From contig MU626261.1 of the NCBI GenBank assembly GCA_025603075.1, positions 62,001 through 126,000 on the forward strand: a stretch of 64,000 nucleotides of DNA, given 5' to 3'. The notes beneath the pieces are model-generated. The model was not told where the DNA came from. It saw only the letters and a program-made list of their open reading frames with translations, and did no database searches. Below, piece by piece: positions 12,125 to 24,400 of the stretch. The DNA comes from Neoconidiobolus thromboides FSU 785. Lineage: Eukaryota > Fungi > Entomophthoromycota. The translations under genes and the position numbers were made by a program. The number at the start of each line of letters is the position of its first letter. Position 1 is the first letter of the stretch.

Positions 12125-13042
12125 GATTCCACAATTAATAGCTAAATTAATAAATAGCTAAAAAGTAAGAAGTTATAATAATAAATAAAAATTACTATTA
12201 TATTATTTATATTATAAAATAGTCAACTATAGTTTTAAAGCTAGCCACTTCCCCTTATACAGTTATTTATTAATTCAGTGATATACTAATAATGTAATTA
12301 TAATATAAAAATAATTTGTTTATTTAATAGTAAATCTACAATGTTGATTATAAAACAGTTAATAATCAATATTTTTTAATGAATTTTTATAAATATTTAT
12401 TTATTTATATACTACAACTTTAATTAATATCAATATATAAGTTATATTAGTAAAAACCTTGCTAATATGTTAATTTTTACTAAGTTTGGTAGAAGCTCTG
12501 CTAACTTATAATATAAATTATAATAAAATAATTTAAAACTGTGATGAGTAATTTTAGTTTTTAAAAAGAATTTATTTTTACAGAATTTAAACTTTTTAAA
12601 ATATAGAATCTTTAATTGGATAGAAAATGAAACCAATTTCAATATCACTATATAAACATTTTTTAATAAATTGTTTAAATTGATATCAAAGCATTTAATT
12701 TCTATCTAAGTGATAAGTGTATAATAAAAATATCTAGGTTCTATGATATTTTCAGCATTTCTTGGTTTTGTCTCTACCTAAGCTACTATTAAAGAAATAT
12801 TGTTAGTCAAATTTGCTTTATACTATAACCGATTATGAAAAAATACAAATATTAATTTGTTCAATTGAGAAAATTCAAAATGTGGGAAAATAGTGGTGAC
12901 CAATTAAAAGGTTCGAATCTCACAACCTTAAATTTTTATTGAGTTATAAATTGAGAAAAAGTAATACCTATCTTAACTGAGAGGTTGATGTCCCTGTTTT
13001 TTCGTAATTAGTTATAGTTTGTCTCAATATTTATTGAGATAT

Positions 13043-13140
13043 GGGAATGCTTTTTTTGACTTCATTATTTTTTCCATTTTTAAGTGCTATTTAAGCGAAA
13101 AATTTGTTAGTAAAGTTCTTAAACACAAAAATACATCCCC
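13043..13140 (+). mobile_element. MITE family A copy
   Basis: GGGAATG...ACATCCCC termini; ATAT on both flanks. Confidence 0.88.
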
Positions 13141-14109
13141 ATATTTTGAATAAATTTTAGAATAATTGTAAAATTTTATACATTTTAGTCGTGTTTATAA
13201 AATAACGTTTTTAAAAGGTAGTCATTATTTTGATTCATGGATAAGAGGCACTTGAAAGCTATCAGCTCTTTCAAGGTTTCAAAAAAAGACTATTATAATA
13301 TAGTTACTATATAATTTTATTGGACTCGTATTATTTAACTCTTAAAACCCTCTTATTTAGAACTGATTCAATTTAGATTCATTTTTTTAAATTTGTTATA
13401 AAAGATATAGACAACAAATAAAAAAATAGTATCTAAATCCAACTAGTTTTAAATACTTATTTTTGTGACACTCGAAACTTTTTACAGTTTATGAATATAT
13501 ATTATATTACATACTTTATAATGTATATGTTTTTACTATAAAGAATTCTGAAAGAATTTTCTCATCAAGCTAACATTTTTTAATTAGTATTTATTATGTA
13601 AATCATACAAAGCTTGTAAAAAACTGGTTATAGTAACATGATTTATAAAATCTATTAAGATGAAATAAATCGTAATAGAATTGATAAAGCTAGTAATTTT
13701 ATTTATTAATTTAATATAATAAAATATATTGATGAAAATGGTTATATATTAATGAAATGTTGACCCGAAATTGAAGAAGATTATTACTATAAACTCTTAA
13801 TCTAAATTATTATTTTATTGAATATAATAATGGTTTATTTAGATATAATGAATTAATATAGAAGCTCTAGTATAATAATCTTTGTCAAACTAGCCAATTA
13901 ATGTTAAAATCATACTTCAATTATATCTATTAAAAAATTCAAAAATTACTATATAAAGTAAAAAAAATAAAAGGTCAATTAATATTATAAAAACGACAAC
14001 CATAATAATTATAAATCGGATAGCAAATATTGTTATTATACAGAAGAAAATAATATAAATAAGAAAAAAATTTCAACATTAAGACATCAAAAATAATAAT
14101 ATTAAAAAA

Positions 14110-14559
14110 ATGAAGTTTAATACCTTATTCACTTTACTCGTTTTGAACAGTGCCTTCTCCTTTAGCTTTAGAAGCCAAGAGCTCACTAATCTTGATACAA
14201 GGGAATATATCCAGCCTCGTGGAATATTCAGCACCATTGGTAATGTTGGAAACAAGGTTACTAACTTAGGCAATAAAGTAAACAATGCAGCTAGCACTAT
14301 TAAAACTGTATGGAATACTGGAAAAAATCTATTAGGCCACTCTAATAACCAGGGTGGGCAAGGAAGAGGTAACAATCAAAATACCCAAGGAAACAACAGA
14401 GGCCAAGCCAAGAATACCCAAAAGTTACAAGGGGGAGGTAGAGGACAGCCTAAAGGCAATAACCAAAGCGTAAAAGGTGGAAATACAGGTAGCGGTAAGA
14501 GCTCTAACAATGGCTCCAAACGTCTTAGTATTGGCCTTGGTAAAAAAGGGAAAAAATAG
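14110..14559 (+). CDS. Small secreted prepro-protein with a cationic amphipathic mature region (149 aa), function unknown
   Basis: Intronless ORF. Signal-peptide-like N-terminus MKFNTLFTLLVLNSAFS, short pro-segment ending IQPR, then a Gly/Asn/Lys-rich region with no D or E. Confidence 0.75.
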   Translation: MKFNTLFTLLVLNSAFSFSFRSQELTNLDTREYIQPRGIFSTIGNVGNKVTNLGNKVNNAASTIKTVWNTGKNLLGHSNNQGGQGRGNNQNTQGNNRGQAKNTQKLQGGGRGQPKGNNQSVKGGNTGSGKSSNNGSKRLSIGLGKKGKK

Positions 14560-14948
14560 TTGATCTATACTAATTTCTTTTTTACTATATTTTAAGTTTA
14601 ATAGCCAAATAAAACTTGATTTCATTAATTTCATTAAGTTATTTTTAAAAATTGAATAACCTAATTAAAGTGTAGAGTATAACAATTTTATGTGTTGAAA
14701 CAATAATTTATATCATTAAATTTATTAATGTAGTTTATTTTAAAACGTTTAGTTATATCTAATAATTTAAAATATAAAAGTTACCCAAGGTTGCTATTTT
14801 AATTAAGAGCTGATATAAAGTATCATTATTACTGAGCCTAATATTCTGTCATATAAGGTTGCTATATTTGAAATATCCATAAATTTAATAAACCATTTTT
14901 AATAAAAAATCGAAATTATAGCAACTATATAAACAAAAAAACATTATA

Positions 14949-15515
14949 TTAAGTTAATAAAGATTCAGATTGGAGTTTAGGTGTAATAGAAAATGAAACA
15001 GTTAGAGGTCTAGGTTGGTTAGGAAAGATGGGATCGAACCCATTAAAAATCATCTCATCAAAAGAGCGTATGCTTCTAAGCTGTTTACGTGCAATGATTT
15101 CTCCATCATTTCTTTCATTTTCCAATGACAGGCTTCGGATTTTAAGGTCACGATCACTATTACCTTCAACTTGTATATTTCGACATTTAAAAAAAGATTT
15201 ACGTTTAGTCTGCTGTTGTTGGCTAGCACTAATTAAGTTTAAAGAGGATTGTGGTCGATTATGCTTTAAACTGTTCCTTTTACTTTGAAAAGATCTTCTA
15301 CTGCTATTTGTAAAGTCTAAACTCTTAATAATACTAGGTATGATTGGTAGTGAGATCCTTTTGTTCTTTTCTTTATTTGGTTGTGGACTTGGTGGTATCG
15401 AAGGTAGCTTTTCGAATTTTGACTCTTTCTTCGCTGGCTTAAGCTTGTTAAATAAATTAGCTATATTAAACTTTTTTAATATGCCATCTTTCTTATATTT
15501 CTTTTCATTATTCAT
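14949..15515 (-). CDS. Hypothetical basic, Ser/Pro-rich protein (188 aa)
   Basis: Intronless ORF, clearly higher in GC than its flanks; RISLP and SIRSF phosphosite-like motifs; no domain recognised. Confidence 0.65.
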   Translation of the reverse strand: MNNEKKYKKDGILKKFNIANLFNKLKPAKKESKFEKLPSIPPSPQPNKEKNKRISLPIIPSIIKSLDFTNSSRRSFQSKRNSLKHNRPQSSLNLISASQQQQTKRKSFFKCRNIQVEGNSDRDLKIRSLSLENERNDGEIIARKQLRSIRSFDEMIFNGFDPIFPNQPRPLTVSFSITPKLQSESLLT

Positions 15516-16322
15516 AATTACTTATTTATCTACAACAACTCAATTGCCGTAAATTATTTTAATGGTTCAATTTATTTCTATAGGTCTATTTATGTTATTA
15601 TTTATTATTTATATTATTTATATTATTGTCTATTTTGTTGATGTTAAAATGTTAACAGATAATAAATAATCTTCCTATTTATATATTTTTTTATAATCAT
15701 TTGCATAAAAATATGAATAAAAAAAGCATGCTATTTAAACTAAATAATAAGAAGTTAATAACCAACTTGAAAAATAAGCCTAATGATTTGCTAATTAGAT
15801 GGTTAAAAATACTAATAAACTTATTTTTACAGTTATTCATTTCCCCATTTTTTACACCCGTGAAATATTGGCACTTTTTTTCTCCAATGGTGGATTCTTT
15901 TAAACTGCCCCCGCTTATTTTATAATAGTACTTTTTTGTTTATTGATTATTTATAACCTATTTTTACTCAATCGGATTTTAGATATAGTTAAAACTACTG
16001 AGCTTTAAAAATCTTTAAAAATCTTTAAAAAAACCTTAACCTTTTCTTATATATTTTGTGCACTTATTGCAACTCTATTTTGACTTAACTTACTATTGGT
16101 TTAAGAATAAAGTTCAGCCAAAATTAAATTAGTATATATGAATCAGGCTTTTTTTAAAGCCATAAAAAAATAATTATTCTAAAAACTACCGCTAAATAAG
16201 TAATAATAGAGCCACAACAGGTATAAAAATGAGATAAAAACTCTGAGGAGAAATAAATAATTAAAATTAAACTTTAAATATAACACTTTAAACTCAAACT
16301 GAATCTATATTTTTTAATAATA

Positions 16323-17032
16323 TTACAATAAAAAGTTTGGAAATGAAGGAAGAGATTTATAATCAAAACCCAGTTTATAGCAAGTGTAGCTATTATAGTA
16401 GTAGTAGTAATTGTTATAATTATAATTATAATTATAATTATAGGGATAATAACAGGGATAATAACAGGGGTATTGGAGCCTATTAACGCAGCTGCTATTG
16501 TCAATATATTGATTATTATCATTGTTTGCATCAAATGACAATAAAGGATTTTCCAAGTTATCCAGCTTAGTACTATCATCATTATTTTGACCCGTTTTCT
16601 TTTTAGGCTTATAACATTTAACTTTCTGGCGACGAATATTAGTTAGCAACTCAGGATGATCTTTTATAAAATACTCGTTTTTAAATTGAATTATATGTAT
16701 ATTCTTATATTCCTTTTTCCTACTATCGCTTAATCTATAGAAATGATACAACTAAAAATAAATAAATTGCAAAATAATAATGCTAAAACTTACATTTAAT
16801 TGACGGAAGAAAGAGCCCAATGTTGAACTTTTAAAATACATTTTTAGGATATTTTCAAATTTTTTACTGTCGTGTATATAAAAACTATGACCATCATTTG
16901 CCCATGATAATAGTTCACTGTATAAATTTTCATTGAGTAATCTAAGTAAAGTATAAATAAACTTCGCTATTGTTTATAATCAAATTAAAAATACTTGTAA
17001 AGCGTTAAAATAAAGTCGGCCACCTTTTTCAT
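16323..17032 (-). CDS. Second short HSF-type DNA-binding-domain protein (204 aa) with Tyr/Asn-rich tail
   Basis: Exons 17032-16995, 16941-16794, 16751-16323 give MKKVADFILTLYKLLNE...LLSWANDGHSFYI...LGSFFRQLNLYHFYR...FKNEYFIKDHPELLTNIRRQK. The first intron is at the same codon position and phase as in the 9003 paralog. Confidence 0.82.
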
Positions 17033-18499
17033 TTTGTTTGATTATTTCTCATACCTTTCATGTCTTTATATTTATTTACATTTTAGTAATAAGATCATTT
17101 TTTTAATAATATTAATCATTTGAACCTAATCTGTTTTAAACAAAGAAATTATTCTAAGTTATATATTATTCAGGTTTTTTAATATTTCTTTGTTTTTAAG
17201 AGAACTTATGAATTAAGTTACTAGAATTTAAATAACCCCTTACTTTATTATTATACTAATATTAATTATAATAATAGTAGTACTATTGGTAATTTTATTA
17301 ATAACAGACTTATGGTTTTATATCAATCAATACATGATCCAATATTCAAAATGTATATGTTAATAATAAATACCTTAATAAATGATGACTTTATATAAGT
17401 AATATCATTAATATAATATAATTTACATTTAAATTTTGATTGATATTAAAATCAGCTGTCATTTTTATAAGTAGAGAGAGGTTTTTTGTTCAAAACATTT
17501 TTAAAAATTAATAAAAAAGGGACTTCATTATTTCTAAAATTAAACTTTAATTGTAAGATTAAAAATGACTGACCATACCAGTTTAATTTACTCCTGTAAC
17601 TCTCAAAATAATAATTTAATAATTGGAATGAAACTAGGTTTTAATATAAACATTTCAACTAACCTGTCTTTAAGCTTATAAAGCGGGTTTAGAGATCAAA
17701 GTAAAATTTACGATCATTATCATTATAATATATGGTCATTACTAATTTCATGTCTCGTTAACTTTTATTTTTAACAGTTATGGATAAATAACTTCGATTT
17801 GTACATAAGTTTTGATTTACTGTTATCGTAATATAATGAATATAGCTCAGGAGATAGTTATATCTTATCTTATGATATATTAGCATCTATATATATCAAA
17901 AATGTACTAAGATTTAAATGTATTAGCAAATTATTAGCTTTGGGGGTATAAACTTTTTACCCCAAAGTAGTTTATATCATATATTTAAACTAACAAATTT
18001 TATGTCTTTACTTTCTCGAGTGTAAATTACCAACTGTTAAACTTCGAATATGAAATATTTAACTGTTGATTTAGGAATAAATTTATGGATATAATTTCTG
18101 TCAAAGCTTAAGAATTAAGTTTTAAAATACATAACTAAACAAATAGCAATCGAAGAAATTTTGCGAGAAATTGCATATGTGAACTTTAACAACTGCACTT
18201 CAGTCACCAGAACTAGATTTTATGAAATAACGAATTTTGTCCAATAAAATTAAGGAAAATTATAGCAAAGTTTACAAAACTTAGAATGATCTGACACCGT
18301 TACAGATCTTGACTAAATTAATTTCAACTTAAATGTTTAATATGATATTATGTTATTTATTAAAAAAAACTCATTTGTTATAATAATTTTATTTTATTAA
18401 TTATTTATCAATCTCATTTAATTATTCATTTTATATATTAATCTCATTAACTAGCATCTAATAACCAACACTCACTTTATTTTTAAATTAGATTTCATA

Positions 18500-21400
18500 A
18501 TGGCAAAACAAAGGCCTAAGAACGAGCTTATTAGTAAAAATACAATAGCTAATGAGTGGATTATAGCTTCAAATGATTCAATTAGTAAGATGAAGTTGGT
18601 AGAAAAGAAGTTGAAAAAACATGATACCAGCTCTGTAGTTCATGAGATACAAAGTCTGGTTGAATGCATTGAAGATATATTTAAAAAAAGTGACATTGAT
18701 ACTCAAAGCAACATTCTTTTATCAAATATGGATTTACGTGTACAACAGAGAGATTTCATCCGAAACTTAATGAAATTGCTAATTATATATAGAGTATTAT
18801 TAACAAATTGGGATAATGAACATTTTGAAGAGTCTGCTATTTTATTAGCAAAAGAGGTACGAGACTCTTTTAAAAAAATGGTGAGGACCAGGAAGAGTTT
18901 ACATGTCCAGTTCAGATTAGACACAGACACAAATACAAATCCTGGCTCCACTTGTAGGGAGTCGTTTGAAATAAATTCACAAAGATATGCTGATTCAATG
19001 TCTTCAGCATCAAATGTACAGCAAAGTATGACCAGATCTAGTTCAACAGAATCCATGATAATAGAGAAATACAGTTTACCTAGAAAGTGTTCCTCGGTTA
19101 CTAGCTCTAAAGGTAATTTTTAATTATATGATTCATTCGGGATAGTCTTTTTTGCTACTCTTTTTTTCTTTTTTTATGCAATGTAAAGTTGAAAAAAACC
19201 ATTATTAAAATAGTAGATCAAAAAATACTTTCATTTATTTTGTGTATAATCATGAAGCTTTGATTAAAATTGGATATTAGATAAATTAGAACCAAGTAAC
19301 TTAGCACAGAACAATGTGTCAATAAGCGGCTCATTATCTTCGACATCAATCGCAATGAATGAAGAAGAAATACAAAAAGTGCTTAATGAAATGGACGCAT
19401 ATAATACATCTTCGTTAACGATTGAAGATGAAATCATTTCAGATAATAATATAGATGCTGAAATCCTTGGGGTAAGCAAAGTGAATATAATGGAATTTGG
19501 AACTACTGATGAAGAGTCTTCATCTATTGATAATCAAATAGGTAGTTTATTTGTTTTTTATACTAGTATTTTAAATAAAGCCAAATATAGTTTCAGAAGA
19601 AAGAGTTAGCATAAGTTCCAGGGATATTAAAGACAATAGTTCTATAACAAAAGAAGTCTCCATTTTATCAGAAATAAGTCATGAAGTAGAGAACATACCT
19701 GAAGCCATAGTTCCCTGTAAAGGAGATAACCTGGCCTTAATTGAAGCTGGAAGGTTGGAAGATAAGGATTTAAATGTCAAAGACCAGGAAGAGAGTAAAA
19801 CTAATATTAGTAGAAACGACAGTGATGAAGGATATATTAGATCTCCAACTTATTCCAAGGAAAGTTTGGCTTCAGTTATCTTAGTAAATGAAAATAGTTC
19901 TGCTTCAAATATCCTAAGAAGCTCTGATGAATCAAATTATTCTATTGAAAGTGAAGTAAATGTAGAAGCAGGACTTTATGATGATGATTCGTCAAAAAAA
20001 AAATCTATATCAAACAAACCGAGCATAAATTCGTTTTTGACCTCAAGTTCTGATGAAACTGAAACAACTAGTGAGACAATATCGTCAACTGGGTATGATT
20101 CAACTCCAATTGAATCAGTAGAGGATTCTGATTATTCAACATCCCATCCATCAAATTACCGAGATTCGGAGGAGGAGTCTGATTACTTAGAAGATCACTC
20201 AGATCAGAGCTCTCTTGTAGAAGAGTCATATATATCCAATATGACAAGTAACTTAAGTATGGTTAGTAATACGAAATCTGTGAAATCAAGTATGTCAAAA
20301 GGAACTTCCATAAATTCATTCGAAACTAACTCAAAGCAAGTTAACAATGTTGAAGTACATGAATCTTCTACAAATGGCATATTAAACATTAGCTCCATTG
20401 ATATTAAAGTTGATATACCGATAGATCAGATTGATAAAATTAAAATGTCTTTTGATGAGCCAGATAGATCTTCTATAAACATAGTATTAAATAACGCAGT
20501 AAATACTAACTGCAATGAAAACCCAGACAATAGCGAAAAGCAAAGCATTGAATTAGCTGACCATGAGTATTTTAGTAAAGAGAATTTATCATTGAGGTCA
20601 AAGGGCTCTATTAGCAACTTAGACGATAAACAAGAGGTGTTAGAAGACAAAGTTTCAATAAATTCAAATAAAAGTAATTCTAAACCTATAAAAACACAGA
20701 AAGCGCCAAAAGATGAGGAAACTCAATCAATGGATTCGAAATTAGATGAAAGTATTGTGCAAACAAGTAAAGCATCTTCAATAAAGTCTAGAGATTCCAA
20801 TGGTTTAGGTAAATCAAATTCTATTCATTCTACCATAAGCAGTCGAGCTTCAAATAAAATTAATATGGATGGCAATAGCATGCATAGCAAAATTGACAAT
20901 AATAAAACTGTCGGAGATTCAACACAACACAATGACTCCATATCCATTACTTCAAGTAGAATCCAGCATGATAATTCAACAGAGATGTCTATCGAAGAAA
21001 TTGATAGAAAACCTAATAAAAGAGAAGGTAGCATCCTGACGGAGTCATCAAATGAAGAAATTAATTCAGATAAAGATGAGCCCAGGATAAAGCTTAAAGA
21101 AAAAATGGAAACTTTAGAGGAATATCAATTATCAACCAAGTCAAGTATGAATCAAATGAATAGGGATTCAGTTATATCCACTACAACAATTAAACAATAC
21201 AAGGTCGACAACTCGGGTAAAACCAGGAGTAGTCTTCGGGCTTCAACTTTATCGGCAAAGACAATAAAACTGGAGGATATCCTACATGAAGAATCAGAAA
21301 GTAAAGAAGGCAATGAAAGCGAAAAATCATCGATTAAATCATACGATAAAAATGAAGATTCAATGCTCGAAGTTGAAATGTTAAAGGCAGAAAACAATAG

Positions 21401-24400
21401 TACTTGTGTAGAAATCAACAACAATAAAAATACGAATTCGATGGATTCAAATAAACCTAAGGGAAGGAGATGTAGTATTATATCAAATAGATCAGCCCAT
21501 TCCATTGGTGACGGCCATAATATTATACTATTTAGACGAGAAAATGTAACTATTAATGTATCTGATGATGATGATGATCTTCACTTTAAAAAAGAAAATG
21601 AAAAGGTGGTTTTAATGAAGCAAGAAGGCAAAACATCTAAAATTATGCTAAGAGATAGTAATATATGTCGCAAAGCTTTAGCCAATTTAGTTGATGATTA
21701 TTCTGCAGAGCCGGTAGATTTATTAGAGAAACTATTTCAAATGATTTTGGATTTGGAATTCAACTTCGATTTTTATAATGATTATCTAGAAAAAGCTACA
21801 AGATGCTTGTGCCGTTTATTTGCTATTTTGGATTGTTTGGGGATTAAAAATTATAAAGAGAATGTTGAATCCAATGATATGGATCTAAGGTTTGATTTAC
21901 TAAGAGAGTTTACGCTTAGAAAAGATGCAATTTTTAATGATTTGGAAGAGATTTTGTCAATATCCGAAAAAGGAGAGTTTAAAGATCTTGAAGTAAAACA
22001 AAGCCTGAATATACTCTATATTTCCATTATAAAGGAATATGAGGAGCTTTTATTGGTCAGTAAATGCTTGCTTAACGATTATACCTTTTTAGATACATTT
22101 GCTCAGTCAATAGAAAAATTCGACATTCTTTTAGAGAATTTAGGAACTAATAAAGAGCTATCAAGGTTAAAAGAGTTAATCAAAGACTTGGAATCGTTAA
22201 ATTCAATTAGGAGAGAGCAAGAAGAACAAGCAAGGAACCCAGAATTGGCTAAAGAAGCTCTTAGAAAAAGTCTTATTGATTTTGAAAAATGGGATACTAA
22301 AAACAAAACATTTGAAGAAATGTTAGAGGCTGAGCATAAAGAATTAGATAGGATCTCTTCAATTTCTATTAGTTCTAGATCTACATCAACAAGTACAACT
22401 ACAACTACAACTACCGACACTTCTATTTCTTTATTTGATCTACAAAGTACATATCTATCAACTCAGCCTTCTTTTAGAAACATATCATTCAACTCTGGGG
22501 AGTTAAACCGTGAAAAAGCAGTATCGCCAACCAATAATAATAAGGTTTTAAACGTGTATAATTTGATTACCCAATTTAATTGTCGAGATACTGAAAACGA
22601 AAACATTGAAAAGATGAATTTATTTAACACTAATAATTATCCTTGTCAATATCAACGTTCATTAAAGTTTTACAGATCAACGTCAAGTCCTGTAAAAAGA
22701 AGAAACTCATTTTTAAATTTTCAATTAAGTGAAAGCAATTATAATACGTCAAAAACATTTACAATTGAATTTAAAAAAGACCTTAAAGTGAACACATTAC
22801 ATAGAAGTGATAATGTTAGCAACACTACAGATAATGATAGCTTGCTAAATGAAGCTTTGGATGATTTGAATTTTAATCACGGCGTGTTTTTTAATGAAAT
22901 CGATGACAATCAACATTCAAGTAGAACGTTCAGTAATAAAAGTAATCGAATTAATAAGATTGATCAGCCAGATTTAAATAATAATACTGAAACCAGTATG
23001 ACTAACCAACCAGATTTGAATAACAATACTAAGATTGGTATAATTAATTACCTAGATTCGGATAATAGTACTAAAGATAGTACAAGTAATCACGTTGATT
23101 CAAGTAACAATGGCTTGTGTATTTCCTCTGATAGCAGTACAAAAAGTATAGGTCAAAATGAAGGGATTGAGAAAGTGGTTGATGACGTAAGTGAGGGCTT
23201 AGTAGATACCAAACAATCTCATCCAAGTGAATTACCAGGGCTCAAATCTATAGGTAATTTAATACAACTATTTTTATATAACAACTTATTTTAAATGTTA
23301 ATAGTTGATTCAGACCAAAAAGATGGATTTCCTTCAAATGATGAAGGCGATAATCTTCAAATAGAAGGGTCAAAAAACTCAAGTTTAAATAACATTAGCA
23401 GAATGGATTTTGAAGTAATAAAAGAAGAAGCTGAGGAGTTAATAAGAAAGATGGATAAAGAAAGTGAGGTAGATGAAGAAGCTCCAGAATTGGATTCGAG
23501 TCAAGACACAGATCAAATATCCGATAAACATAATGATACGGTTCCATTGAAGTCAGAGCCAAGTGTTGAGCTAGTTAAGGAGGATGATATAGAAATTCAA
23601 AGCAAAATCTCAACTGACTCATCTTCAATCATATCCGAGCTGAAGAATAATTCTCTAACTATGAAATCGGGATCCTTTGACGAAATTGAAAATGATCTTA
23701 AACTTGAAAAAAGATCAATCCTAAACAACCATGGTTCTGGATCATCGAATTCCAATATGAGTAGCAACATAACTTCTGGTGAAAGTAACCCAATTGAGAT
23801 GGTAACTTCAATGAATTCGAGCAATGTCAAAAAAGCAGTTGATTCACAATTGGTAACCGAAAAATCATTAAGTGAAGGAAAAAACAATAAAAGAAGAATA
23901 AGGAAAACCGAATATGAAGGAATTATAATCGCTTGTAAAGAAAGTAGTGAGTACTACTATAGGCTTAGCAGAAAAAGTAGAGAGGCTTATAGGGCTTTTA
24001 AGAAAAATTTACTCAAAGAGAAAAGTTATGAAGAGATTATTCTCCCCACAAAAGAGTATCTTTCACTGAAGTCTAGAGTCAAATATTCAGCACCAACCTC
24101 ACTATTTTTATGGGAAGGCGACAAGTTAGTTCCTTCAGAGCTGAACTCGAAGGTAAATAGCCAAAATGAATACAACACCTTATTAGAGAGCAATGAAGCT
24201 TATTTGAACTCTGAATTAGTTTCTGAAAACTTAGAGAGATTTATGAAAAAAACCCAAAAACCTACTCTAGCCCCAGATTCTTCTCTACATAAACAAGATA
24301 GTAAAAGTTTGGATGATGATAACTTAAGTTCAGAAGATGACCAAGATATTACCCCGATTTCTGATGAATTTCCTGAGAGCGATCAAGATATATCTCCACT

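Larger units (their letters stand above)
11153..12639. repeat. 1.49-kb palindrome with ~530-bp near-identical inverted arms (11153-11682 / ~12115-12639)
   Basis: Arms are reverse complements with about three small differences seen (2-nt and 4-nt indels, one substitution). A diverged single copy of the arm sequence lies at ~38150-38675. Confidence 0.92.

Noticed and set aside
12905-12930. GGTTCGAATC, a tRNA T-loop/B-box-like motif
   Set aside because: No acceptor, D or anticodon stems can be folded around it on either strand.
13541-13565. Heat-shock-element-like GAAttTTC upstream of the secreted peptide gene
   Set aside because: Only two correctly spaced nGAAn units, 550 bp away; expected by chance in AT-rich DNA.
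17938-17968. Small GC hairpin (similar one at ~8855-8880) as a Helitron 3' end
   Set aside because: No CTRR terminus at the expected distance and no related copies.
23292-23297. TAA immediately followed by an in-frame ATG, suggesting readthrough or coupled translation
   Set aside because: Both codons fall inside a canonical 51-nt intron (23254-23304).
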